64,000 nt of DNA from Rhina ancylostomus. Lineage: Eukaryota. The notes under the pieces were generated by a model. It searched no databases. It had not been told where the DNA came from and worked only from the letters and a program-made list of their open reading frames with translations. Shown here one piece after another: positions 51,333-64,000 of this stretch. Position 1 is the stretch's first letter, and each line of letters begins with the position of its first letter. The position numbers and the translations under genes were made by a program. The stretch covers positions 14,384,918 to 14,448,917 of the forward strand of contig JARFYF010000056.1 in assembly GCA_030265395.1 (NCBI GenBank), read 5' to 3'.

Positions 51333-54300
51333 CTGTTAAAACAGTAAAGGAAAAGTTAGAGTGCAAAATATTATTCACTAAAACATTCTGCCTGCAGGGA
51401 ATCAGTTTTAAAAATACAAAATAACAAAACTTACAATATTCAAAAAGTATGATTAAGGAAGCAATTTAGCACTTAAAATAGAAATTTTTGTTTCAAATGC
51501 AGAATTCTTGGGTTTGGAAGCTCTGAACCCATTCTAATCTACGACACAGGAAATTACATACTCAATGCTTGCTAATGGGCTGAGTCGTCATAAGATGGTC
51601 TGCTAATATATAAAAGTTACCTTCATTGGGTTCATTAAACTGAATCTTCATCCACAAACTACATAATGGTATTTTTCCATCTAGTCAGTCCACAGATAGA
51701 AGAAAAAGTTTTTGAATGCTTCCCCCATTAGCATTACATTCAAACAGGTGAATTAGGTTAGAAGGTTGCATTATTCTACAGGGTGAATTTCTGGCTGCAT
51801 TTGATTCAACTTATTGTCAAGGTTAAATGTATTTGTTAGACAAAAATCACACCTGCATTCCAGAGGACATGATACTTAAGGGCCATTCTCCAGTTATGCC
51901 TTCAGCCTCAAACTTTGCAGTTCTTCATTTCTTAGCTGTATTTTCATGTACAAGTGAGCCAAGATTTTAGGATTTAATTTTTGAAAATTTGGCTCTCCCA
52001 ATACATTATTGGCTTAAAATATATATTTTGACAAATTTGCAATGAGTCAGTCCTATATTTGCAGTGAATCTCTGTGCAAAACAGCAGAATTCAATAAACC
52101 TGCAACCATTACAAGCAGTAGTGAAAGAACATGGCACAAGAATCAAACCAAAACAGGATTCTAGCATTAGACACTGGAGTGTTGAAGACAAAGTGCTTTC
52201 CAATTGTTGTCTGAATTTACAAGAATGACTTATCCATTTGTCCTCCTCTTCTACTTGGAGAACTCCAGATTTTTTTTTGGAACAAACTGTTTCTTCCCCA
52301 TTTGTCAATCTAACACTTTCAAATCACATGGCTTTGGATACAGTGATACACTGCGACAATGAACAGAATTGGCTTTGTTAATGGAGCAAGACTTGTTCAC
52401 TTTCCAATTTCTAATTTTGTTTCCAATTTAAAAAGTCCTGTACTTGCACAATTCTGCAATGATGCAAGTTCAATACAATGAGTTAATAGCTAATATTGCT
52501 CTCACAAAATATTAATGTTTGAGAACTAAAATTCTTATCCGTGATAACTTCCAGTGGATAAGCATGCACAACTCAGCTCCAGGCCAAATTATTCTCATGG
52601 GCATCAGCTTCTCAAACTTAGTTCATCCAAAGCTATGGTGAACACAGCTTATTCAGTTATCACCTCACCTGCCCCAGCCTCCACAACACATCTAACCTTG
52701 GTGAATTATATTGGCTCCCATCCTCTAAGACATGAATATTTTGAAAGACTGTGTACATGCTTCTCCCAGGTTTTACCCTTCCCTACTTTGGCAACTTTCT
52801 TCAGAATTACAAACTCTCCAAATGCTTCATTTCTGACTTTGGCACCTTTTGCATTCTCTTGTACTTCCCCCACCAACTGGAATCATAACTACAGGAACTC
52901 AAGTCCCACATTCTGGATTTCCCCAACCTAAATTCTTATTTCCCTCCAGCCCATAAAAGTATTTCCTTAAAACCCAACTTTGGTTAACATCTTTAACAAA
53001 AGATCATCCCATCTAATCTCTCAATGTTTGTCCTGTTAATTTCATTCACACTGAAGTGCCCTGGGCCAATTTTCTACATGTAAATATACCATTTAAGTGC
53101 AAGTAGAGGGGGTATCCATGCACAGTAATCAAAAGAAAAACCACCCAATTCTAGTTCTTTTCAACAAAGCCTTAACATAAACACTACATATATTTACTTG
53201 GATTATCCTACAGCTTTGAGTACATTTCCTTTCTTTATTATAAGAATGGATCAATTGACTACAACTCACATTTTACTGCATTCAGGACTCTGCTATCCAA
53301 AGGTTTTCTACTGGGGTCACTGGTGGAGGAACGGATCCCAGTGCCGCAGCTGTTTGCCAATGTGTTGCTGTAAAATAATGAAACCACCTCATTATCCTTA
53401 GTGGACCTACAGTTTGCTAGCTAAGCAAACAAAGCAACAAACCAGACAGCATGGTCAGGAATCTTTTACCCACCGATCAAAGAATGAGGCAAGCAGACGG
53501 CGGAGAAGCACCTTGTGTTTGACCCCAGCACACAGGTGACAGTTCCTCAGCTGACCTCGGGTGATATAAACTCCAGAACCTGCCGAAGAACAAATGCATT
53601 AATCCACAGCTTTACTTGTGATTAAACAATTCCAGATATAACTGGCATGGATAATATTCTACTCAAATGCAAGATATTTGGGGTGTTTCATGGTATTCTA
53701 TAGGTGAACTAATTGCCTCAAATGAACTAAAACTCTTTTCCCCCCAAAAAGAGTCAGAGAAATTCATTTAGGTACTCTCCAAACTATAGACAGTCAGATG
53801 ACATGCCACACAATTCAAATCATTTTTGTGGAGCATCACTTTTAAGTGCCATGCAGAATATTTAACATTTGCTAATGTGCACGTGTACTTGACATCTGCT
53901 AATCTTAATTTAAATGCTGTTGAGTAATTTTGTCCTCTCCAACTCCTATCCAAACCCAAGGAAGTAATTTATCTGAAATGAATATGTCTGCAGATGATTT
54001 TAAGTAAACAAACCTTGTAAATCAAATTGCTGACAGACCACTGCCTGATCTTTTGCTTACTAAAGCCGCTGAGAAGTTGGATTCCACTTGTTTGGTTTGC
54101 TAAAATGCTGTTGTGTCAAAAGTTAATATCTATTTAGGGCTCCCCACACCCCCTCCCAAAAAAAAATCATGAAATTTGCCAAAAGTGTGAAAAAGCAGCA
54201 GTATAGTTTATACCCAGGTACATGCATCTTAATGAGACCTGCTCTCTTCCTGCAGCTGCTGACCCATGCTGTACCTAAATGCCAAAAGGGTAACAGCCCA

Positions 54301-57300
54301 TAAAAGAAAACTCTTCGTGGCAACCAAACATCAGTAAACATATAATATGGCCACCATGGAAGAGAGGCTGCAGAGGAACGGGAGAGTGCCCTAGATACAC
54401 ATTCACTTAACATAATATTGAAGTCCTGTGCATTGTAAACTGAGCAGGGGAAAAAAAAAGGAAAAAATAGGGTCTGGAAACCCACCTACCGAGTTACTGT
54501 TGGATGATCCTGGCAGGAAATGACTGGGATAACGAGCGCCAGGCGTGGTATCCCCTAAAGTCATGAGTCAGAACACACCCCTACCTTCACCCTGCCATTA
54601 GGGATTTTTTTTCCAGAATCCCTTCTCCTACAGGAGGTCAAACCTCAAAAGGGATAATGAAAAGGTTACTCATGTTCCTCAGCACTCGCCTTGGGCAAAA
54701 GGCAGCAAAGGAATGGGAGGGAATCCACTTGCACAAAAGGCGGGGGGCAGATTGGGTGTGGCTCATAAATGCCACACAACCATAGCCACCCCCATCCTGT
54801 ACCTAATGGTTACAGAGCCCCAGCCATCTCAAAAACAAATACCATCCATAATCTACAACACATGGTCACTAACAATGTTTCATTGTGATTGCTGTTGCTT
54901 TGATTTAAATCAAAGTGCCCCATTACCATCTATACTTGCATCACCATAATTATATTGCAGTTAACTGTAACTCTCTTAGTTTGCTCTTAAAGGCTACACC
55001 AACTATTTCCCTCTCCATAAAATATGGAAAGGGTGAACAAGGAATACTAGAGAGAAAGGTGTGAGGAATGATACTGAGGAGGAAGAGTACAGTGTATCTT
55101 TGTACTCAACACCACCATAAAGACCAGCATCACAAGTGTCGAGCACTGAGATATGATGAGAAAGTGGCCTGCAGCCTGGAACTAAGCACAAGGAATCTTG
55201 GGTGGCCAGCCTTGGTGGTGGTGGGGGAAGTGGAAGGGGTGCAAATGTCTGTCTTGCCCTGGAGTACACAATTGGGATGTTGTTGTTAAAAAGATAGGAA
55301 TGCATAACCAGATGGATAGAAACCTGTTGCAGCTGGCCTCAAAATGCACATATGCTTGGAGGATCTCCAAGCTCTGGCAGCTGGTTGCACAGAGCAAAAA
55401 TACAAATAGCTCCATTCTGGATGTGATACATATTGTGGTGGGGACCAGTATCATCCCCATCACGAAGCACTTACTGACTTAAAGGCCACATCACATCTTT
55501 GTTTCTGTGCATTCTTGCACTAACCCAGCTAGATATCTGGTGGCAACCACGAGGAGATGGTTCAAAGTTCTGAAGCAACAGCAATGTGCCACAAAGTAGC
55601 AGCTTAATGTCAGTCATGAGTAAATCTCTGTTTTTACTGAGCAGCAAGATGCCACTCAAGCAGATTGCTGCTCTCAATGGAAATGTATGTTACGAGAGCA
55701 ACTTGCCCTGGAGCAAAGGGATTTTGTGTGCAAGCAGTTAGCTCTTCAGCAAAGAGATGCTGCACATTAACTGGTTCCTCTCCAGCAATATGCAGGGATA
55801 TGCCACACAAGACCAATCTCCTGCAATAGAGATATCACACATGGAAACTTCTCTTCTGCAGGAAGAGCAACATTACCCCTACTCCCATCCCTTTCATCAA
55901 GACCAGGATCCTGTACAGGTTGCAGAGTCAACAATGGGAACTGCAAAGACAAAAGGGACCAGACACCTGTGAAGCAGGGCCCGTCAGCAGGGTTGGCACA
56001 GGATCTGGAGCTTCAAACAAGTGCCAGTTGTTTGATGCAACATTGTCTATCTTGTCCCAAGAAATCATCAAGTGCACAGGTTCAGGATGCTGATGCCCAC
56101 ACCCCAGTGTCATACCACTTCTCATTGTGTCCTCTCAGGTAGCATGCTCATCCTTGCCCCAAAGCCAGCCATCCCAGACAGCTCCTAAAATTGACTCTGG
56201 ACAGAAGTCAGAAGCTAGCCCACTCATGACAAGTGCTTTGAGGGTCATCAAGGGTGTGTGTGGATTCAAATGGAAAGGAAGCAACCTTCCATAGCCAGAG
56301 AGTTCCAAAGTAGGACTGGGATTTCAAACCAAGGTAGTGAAATTTGGTGATTAAAGTTTTGACCCAAATAGTTATAGAAATGTTATTCAATGTTTGTTAT
56401 AATTCTGAACACAATAGCAATGNNNNNNNNNNNNNNNNNNNNNNNNNNNNNNNNNNNNNNNNNNNNNNNNNNNNNNNNNNNNNNNNNNNNNNNNNNNNNN
56501 NNNNNNNNNNNNNNNNNNNNNNGAACACAATAGCAATGTAGAAATACATTAGTTTGGTGAAAATTGCATCCTTCACTGTGGAGAGATAAATAACATTGCT
56601 AGTGATGCTGCAGAATCTGCCATAGCTCACCTAGGAAGGTTAATAATGGAGTACTGCCAACAGTGACACTAACAAGGCACCCATTGAATACGTCAGCAGC
56701 TAAATGCTGGAAAAACACTGCCTAGTTTTAGTGCACACTTCTGGGAGTTTGTAAGGTGAATAGTGTGCACTGAGTTCTGAAACTATCCAGTCAATGTCTT
56801 CAGATATCTGCAGTCTCCCTTTAAACAGTGGTGAAACAAAAGTAGTACAATAGACTTAAATTTTATCAGGACTGTTTCATGATAAATGTATGTTGCACCT
56901 TTGAGTTCCAATTTATCTAAGGGAGAAAGCAGGCATTATGCAAATATTGATGTTAAGTACATGCCTGACACAAGAACAAAGTGCACTAATGTGAATAGTG
57001 GATAGAAGACTCAATCCAATTTTGCAATGCAAATTATCACTAGTATGATTAATACTGGCTCAAATTAATTTTTGCATTTTGTACTTAATACTCCAAAGTC
57101 TTGGCTAGAATACATTAAATCATGAAAACAATTACACACTGGAACCTTCAAAAAGGTCTGAATAATGTGTACAACTAGCTTAAATAAATTCAATTTACTT
57201 ACATAAATAGTACTTTATTCATTAGCAATCCCCATTTCTTCCTTTGGGAACAGTGGTTAAACATGGCTTGGATAGTAACTACATAGTTATAATAAGAGCA

Positions 57301-60300
57301 CTTATAATTAAACCAATGTTTTTTTCTGCTCTTGGAAAGGATGAGGTGTAAACATGCTTATACAGCATTTATAAATTCTCAAATGTTATCAATAGCTATG
57401 AACCAGTGTTCTCATTATGTTTCCTGCAGGTATTCAATTGAGTAGACACAGACCTAGTGGATGGGATTTCACCTTAAATCTGCAGCACACAGGATCTGGG
57501 TGTTATGAGCTCCTCAGGATGAATCTGGACAGAGATCACTGTACATCTTTCCTGACCTCTTTGGCAAATGTACATTTCAGAAAGATTGATAACAGTCTCA
57601 TTTGCAGTGGTGCCACCTTAAGACCAGTATGCATGAATGACTCCAACATGCATGAAGAACCAGGCAGGGAGAGCCAAATGTTCTGGTGAAGCATTGTGTC
57701 AAATGACTTTCATAGTCTGCTCTAGGAACCATTCAACAGGATCCATCACCTTTTCCTGCGGGACTCAAGGACATTCCCTACATAGCACTGCTTAATTAAT
57801 AATGGCATTCTTTAAAGGTATTCCAAAAGTGCTGATAGATAAAGGTGTTGAAGATTTTGAAGCAACTGAAGCCAACTTTGAAGTCAAGATAGTTTGAGAC
57901 TTAGAAGTTGGTGCTCCCATGCTCCCATTACTTGTTCTCTTCTTGGTGGGGGAGGCTACGGTTTGGGAAGTTATCAAAGCAGCCAGTACATTCAACAGAT
58001 AACACACCCTACATCATTGAAAAAGGATCAGTAAGAAATGTATGTTGAAGAAAGCCAATTAACTGCCAATCAAGAGGAATATTCAGACCTAAAGAAACTG
58101 GAATGAGTGGGTACAATTGGACCCACTGAGACAACTAAAGAGCATTCCATTCACTGAACCCTTTAAATGGCAATTTTGGGCGGGTAGTTCAAGGAGTGAA
58201 TCACAAGTGAACATTTGATATTTACATAATGTAAAATGGATTGCTAGGATTTAGTTTGCTAATTTAAAAAAAATGCTGATAGGCTTAACACCCACTTTAA
58301 GTGTAAACAAGATAACAAAATTGCAATTTAGACTAAATTAATAACCTACTACTCATCGCACATTTTCTCTCCCCACCCCCACAGAAAGACTTCTAGCTAA
58401 AAATGCAAAATTTCAAGAAACTTTCCTTATTGGTTTTGTATTGTATTGTTAAATAATTGCCATTGAGGAAGCCAAAATACAAATGTAAAGCCCTTGAGGT
58501 AGTAATTTTACTACTGAATGTTCATGTGTACCACAAGTAAAATGAAAAAAAGCAAAGCAGAGAAAAGGTGAAAGATCAGTCTACAGTTGAAAATATGGCA
58601 CTCCAGAAATTCCTCCAATGAAATAAAATCTCTTCAAATGATCAGGGTTACACTTAATAAATAGCATCCACTACGTCACCATCTGAAGCATGATAGTTCT
58701 CACTGTTGTTCAGTATTTAGGAGTCTTAAAAATCTAACAATCCGAACTCTGCTGCACCTTTAAACAATCCAAAATACATGAGATTTAAGACTTTTGTACT
58801 CAAGCTACTGATCCTTAAGTCTCACTTCACAATAAAATAAGACTACCGCATAAAATTTAAAAATGTATGTTATTAAGTGCTAATCTTGTGCAACACTCTC
58901 CAGACTGAAGTGTTTACATGCACTAAGTTTGCCAGGAATCAAGAGGCAGAAGAGATTGAGGCAAACCTGGCCTAAAAATATTAAGTCCATGAAACTGCAA
59001 GTGAATGCTAATTAGTATGCAAAGGTACAAGTAGCAATGTTCAGTTTGTTAGTGGAAACCTTTTAAAGAAAATTTTAGACTGAACTCAAAACAACATCAA
59101 ACATATTTTCCTTTGCTTTTTTAAAAAACACCTGCTAGAGCCTGTAAATTAATCAACAGAAAAAAGTGTTCACTATAAGCAAAAGGTGCAGCACCAACAG
59201 ATGTACTGTACTAGAGTGATACAGGCCTGTGATTACATTGCACAGGAGTGATAGGGGCCTCTGATTCCATTCATCCAATCCCTAGGTGAAAGCAGACTGG
59301 GATTCTCACCTCCACTTGGCAGAAAGGCCTGTCCCTTGAGACATTCACTGGCAAAAGGAAGTTGTGAATAAAAGAACTTAACCAGCGAGAGAATTAAGGT
59401 CAAACAGTGGTCAAGGATTATTAGAACTTTGTACTCTTTGTGTAAATAGAAGGTAGTTATTTATAGTTCTAGGAAGCTTACACTGGAACTACAATGATGG
59501 GATTTGTAAAACAAACTCCACAAATATTTTAGAAAAAGCCTTGTTTGGATAAAAGGTTTGAAAGAATAACTTGCATTTATTCTTTAATTTAGAAAACATC
59601 CTATGGCATCTCAGAAGACAACCTGAGCCATTAGGAGACAAGGATGGTCAACTGAACTTCTGGTCAATGAGGTAGATTTTGAAGGAGAGCTCTATACAAA
59701 ATAAGAGATTTTGTAAAGGAGTTCTAAAGCTTGGAGCCTAGGCAACAGGTGACATGGTTTGTGGAAAAAGGACAAAGTTGAAAGAGTGAAGAGACCTCAG
59801 AATTATTGGACTCTTAGGGCGAGAACTTGGAGAGTCATGAGGACACCTGTATAGGTTCAAATGGAAAGAAAGCAGCCTTCCACAGCCAGGGGGGACTGCA
59901 AAGTAGGCCTGGGTTTTTGAACCAAGGTAGTAAAACAGAAAAATCTCCAGGGTGTTAAAGTTTAGACCCAAATAATGACCAACTCCACTCCTGCCGAGAC
60001 TAAAAATCACTGCTTTCCAGTTAAAGAAAAAAAATCTAGGATAAATTTCTAATCAGCTTGGACCTCTTCTGATTGCTTTGCGATCAGCACTCTCGTGGTC
60101 TATTTCTTGGCTCTCTTCCTCATTTGGGTCCCACAGAAGCTGCATGTATGGCAAGTAGGAAACTCAAATTTGCTAAAGCTCAAGTGATTACAGAAAAGAC
60201 TAATGTAAACAAACCACCCCAAACTTAATTAGGATGCTAGGCCTAATGGTGGCTTACTTTTCAATAATTCACTGAGCCTGGCACCTTCTTCACAAGTGAT

Positions 60301-60499
60301 CAAAGTTTTAAATTATGCTTACCTGAGACAAGTTCTAGTTTCTCACCAGGGTCACCTTCCGAGTATAGCTTTGGGTGACATCTGTAACCAATCTGACTGA
60401 TGAGGCTAGCAGGAAGTGCAACTAGATCACGACGAACAAGCACACAAGAGCGATTTTCAACTGTCATGTGATTTGTTAACTGTCCAGCTTTCTCTTGTG
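50839..60499 (-). CDS. NACC2: NACC2 (BTB-BEN transcriptional repressor), last four coding exons; the BTB-encoding exon lies beyond the window
   Basis: Phase-compatible exons encode the BEN domain and the NACC2-type tail [29 protein letters not shown]...DGTYAGTL*. Confidence 0.93.
53270..53367 (-). CDS. NACC2: NACC2 BEN-domain exon
   Basis: ttttacag acceptor, T|gtgagt donor, 98 nt; [32 protein letters not shown]. Confidence 0.94.
53474..53579 (-). CDS. NACC2: NACC2 BEN-domain exon
   Basis: cttcggcag acceptor, CG|gtgggt donor, 106 nt; [36 protein letters not shown]. Confidence 0.94.
60323..60499 (-). CDS. NACC2: NACC2 internal exon
   Basis: tcttttag acceptor, CAG|gtaagc donor, 177 nt; [58 protein letters not shown]. 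Confidence 0.93.
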
Positions 60500-63400
60500 C
60501 TAAAAGAAATAGAAATAAGCTACACAGTTAAAACTACAATATATAACACAGCAAACAGGTCAATTTATTCTACAAGTGGAATAGTTAGAGGATATTTGTG
60601 TGTACTTTTGCCATTACCTTGGAATACAAGAAAGAATTTTCAACAACCTGCAAAAAAACTGATACTCTTCAAAATGTTTTTAATGAAAATTTATAGTTAA
60701 ATCCACATGTAAATTGTGACTAACACTGGGGTATAAACTGTTCTTTAGTTTCATGCTGGCAGTCAGTTTTATGATCCATTGAGTCGCGTCCTATAATTCA
60801 CAAAGAACTTTATGATAATAAAGCTGAAAGTTCAGTCCGAACACCACTTGCTCAGATATTTTCTGTCAATGCTAATATATTAAAGCATGCCAAACCACCA
60901 AATAGTCAGTTCAAGTGCACAATCCATTGACCACATTCATTCATCAGGAATTCTAAAACTCTGACTGAAATTTCTGTATTTTTTTTAATACACTGAATTA
61001 ATCCATACCAATGATTTGATGTTTTGAAGTCACAATTGTTGCATAAAAGCTATCTTGTGATAGATCATAAGATGTTTACAGCACTGGAAGTTATTCAGCT
61101 ATGTTTCTATTACCTTTGTTGTATGCTCTTCCCATAGCTTGTATCTTCTGGTTCAAGTACTTATTCCTTAAAAGATGCAATGATAACTATTTTTGGCATT
61201 AAAGGGTCTATACTTCAATAATTCCCTGCATAAAGAAACTTACCTTCACCTCAGCCATTCCCAAGCATCTTTAACATTGTTAATGTATTTGATGAAACTC
61301 TTTGGGACAATTCGCTAACTTGGAAGGCCATTAGAAGCCTGGTCAAAGAGATAGATTTTAAAGCCGCACCTTAAAAAGGTGAAAATGAAATAGGAGAATT
61401 CTAGTTCTGTGGGCCTAGACCACTGAAAACTACTGACAGTGGGGAAAAGGGTGCCAAGGATACAAAAGGACAAAAAAACTCAGAATTTCAACAACAAGGA
61501 GCTGGAGGGTTGTAGGGATACTACAAAGAAGTATGTGAACAAAAGTGACAGTTTCAGTGTTGTGTTATGCTATGCTATGCTAAATTAGATCAAATGTCAA
61601 CAATAGAGAGGTAATGAATGAAGGAGACTGTACAAGGTAGGATACAGGTAGTAGAGTCAGAATGTGAACGTTTAGAGATGGTGGCAGGAGGAAGGCCAGC
61701 AAGAAAACATTGGAATAGTTAAATCCAACAAAACAAAGTCTGGATGAGGGAATGGGGAAGTTAAGGACTGTGGAAGGGGTTGGGAGTGGGGGTGGGGCTA
61801 TTACAGAATTGTAATGTCAGTAATGTAGAATGTGATTAGAAGCTTAGCTCATGATAAGATAGAGTTTTGAAAATATGCCCTGAAGTTGGCAAGGAGGCCA
61901 ATTGTTTTGGATGAATAATGAACGCCAAACTTAAAAACATCCACAATAAGAATTTAAAGTAACATCAAAATTTATAGTTTTGTCCTTACAGTTAGGATCT
62001 AAAATAAATTCAAAACTATATGATCTTATTTGTTTTAATTAAATGGCAAAAGGATTTGATAACTTTTCCTCCACAAAATTTGTACAGTCATGTGAATGTT
62101 TTACTTTCCTGTAAAGGATCAAGCTGCATTATCTTCCCCATACAGCTACAAGCAATATTGGCAGTGACCAAAATACAAGACTAACCCAGAGTGGAAACAC
62201 AAATACTTGAGCAAAAGCTAGCACTCAGTGGTACAGTATGGTTTTGTGTGGTGTACTTGAGACAATACCAAATGGTCATTAATGATTTGCAATTCCACAA
62301 GATCCTGACTGACAGTCATTGAAAAATTTCTTTTGAATAATCACAAGGAGAAATGCTGCAGTTTGGAAGAAGGTAGAATACATTCTTAGATGCATAGGAT
62401 AAGAGCATATCAAATTCCATCCAGAGAAGTGAGAGACAATGGAATTGGGAAAGCCAAACAAAAGAGAATTTTCAATACAAGATACCACACTCAGAAGTGT
62501 GGAAGAACATGGGGAAACATTTCAGTGAATGATTCCTGTATACTCATTTACATTATTTTCCCACAATTGGTTCTGATATTAATCAAGATACAGCTATCCA
62601 ATGTTGCTGTGATTAGAGTAATATGAAAATGAATTTATATCCCACATGGAATGTGTGGCCATCCTAGCCAAAATCCCATTCTCAGTCAAAACAAAACATG
62701 ATATAATTTCTCCACATACACATCCATGCGAACATGTTCTGGATAAATGGAATAGATCAATTTGAAAATGCACTTAAGATTATTGGTTGGTATGGCCTTG
62801 ACGAGGTGAAGGGCATGTTTCCATGCTGTATCTCTCGATAACTCCACAAGTCCTAAATGCAATTACTCTTCATTTCAACAGGTGAAAATAAAACCATGTA
62901 AATTTCCAACAGAAGAGGGAAAGAATATTCTTATCTAGTGAAATCTTTCAGACCAATCCCTGAAGCCCTCCACTGGTCACAACTTTTCAAACTGAAAATG
63001 ATCTGTTTATTTCTACTGTTTTATATCCATTAATCAAACCTCACTTCTCAACATACATTATTCCAAGATCAGTATGCTTCTGGCCCAACAAGGAAGATGG
63101 CATTGCTGAGGTTGGTGCTGGAAAATGAGCCAGGCCAAGTGGAATACGCAACAATTAGAGAAGAGTGATCATATCATGTCGAGGCCACACGCGAGAGAGC
63201 AGATTCACCAGGATGTTGTCTGGATTGTAGGACATTAGATTTCTCCTTTTCTACTTATTGCAAAATTTCCAGCAGATTACAGACAATTTTACCAAAAGTC
63301 TCACTGTTAAAGTATGATTAGATGCATCATGCTTATAATACAGGACGTGCTCCTACCAGAACAAGACATTAAACACTTGTATTTAATCATTTAAAGTTAT

Positions 63401-63945
63401 GAAGCAATGAGGTAGAATAGAAAAAAAAATTACTTCCAGCAGTTGAGAGATCTAAAAAAAACACTATATAAATGCAAAGTCTTCTTGTAATAAACTACTT
63501 TTTCTCTGAATAGGTGCTTGCAATGTTGTGGAATACACCACCAAGCTACCAATTAAGTGACAGATATTTTGCCAAGGTCAAATGGATGGTTAAAGGAAAG
63601 AGAAAGCAACAGGATTGTAAGAGAAATTGAGAGAACAGGTTAAACACCAAATGGCAGATCCCATGTTATAACCTCTATCTGTATCTCAATCTGCATGCAA
63701 CTGCCAGGACTAATTGTTTTATTTAGACTGTAATTTGAATGTTTTTAGCAATTATACAAGTTATATTTTAAACAGAACATGCAATTAACCAGAATACATT
63801 GCAGATAAGACATCTTATTCCATATCTGATTAACTTTGTGATTGATTATAAAATCAGTACTGAAAGTTTGTTAACAACTTTACACAAATTATTACCATTT
63901 TTGAAATTTGCTATTTATTCCAAAATCCACAGCANNNNNNNNNNA

Positions 63946-64000
63946 CATGAACATAGAAAAACTACAACACAATTCAGGCCCTACGGCCCACAAAGCTGTG
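63946..64000 (-). mobile_element. CR1 tail, continuing beyond the window
   Basis: catgaacatagaaaaactacaacacaattcaggccctacggcccaca. Confidence 0.6.

Noticed and set aside
56405-56540. Direct repeat gaacacaatagcaatg on both sides of a gap
   Set aside because: It flanks a 100-N scaffold gap and is most likely contig overlap; the same applies to the repeat around 16096-16195.
50839-60499. NACC1 as an alternative identity
   Set aside because: The tail [20 protein letters not shown] and [12 protein letters not shown] match recalled NACC2 rather than NACC1.

Overview
This is vertebrate genomic DNA, most likely from a cartilaginous fish. That call rests on the repeat content: CR1, RTE and Penelope-type retroelements, tRNA-derived and Deu-type SINEs, and palindromic non-autonomous elements. 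The window holds two convergent multi-exon genes. (1) On the + strand, a divergent but apparently intact XPR1-family SPX-EXS phosphate exporter: 13 coding exons matching human XPR1 exons 3-15 were traced from 7821 to 36874 with consistent splice phases and one GC-AG intron; exons 1-2 were not found. (2) On the - strand, the last four coding exons of NACC2 (BEN domain and C-terminus, 60499 down to 50839), followed by a long repeat-poor stretch that is probably 3' UTR. The most notable observations are: the XPR gene sits next to NACC2, which suggests a retained whole-genome-duplication paralogue of XPR1 rather than XPR1 itself; an antisense ARHGAP21 genomic fragment (acceptor plus truncated last exon with an open frame) lies inside one of its introns; and its terminal exon has a second copy carrying a TGG>TGA change. 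Human sequences, residue numbers and gene neighbourhoods are recalled from memory; no searches were run.
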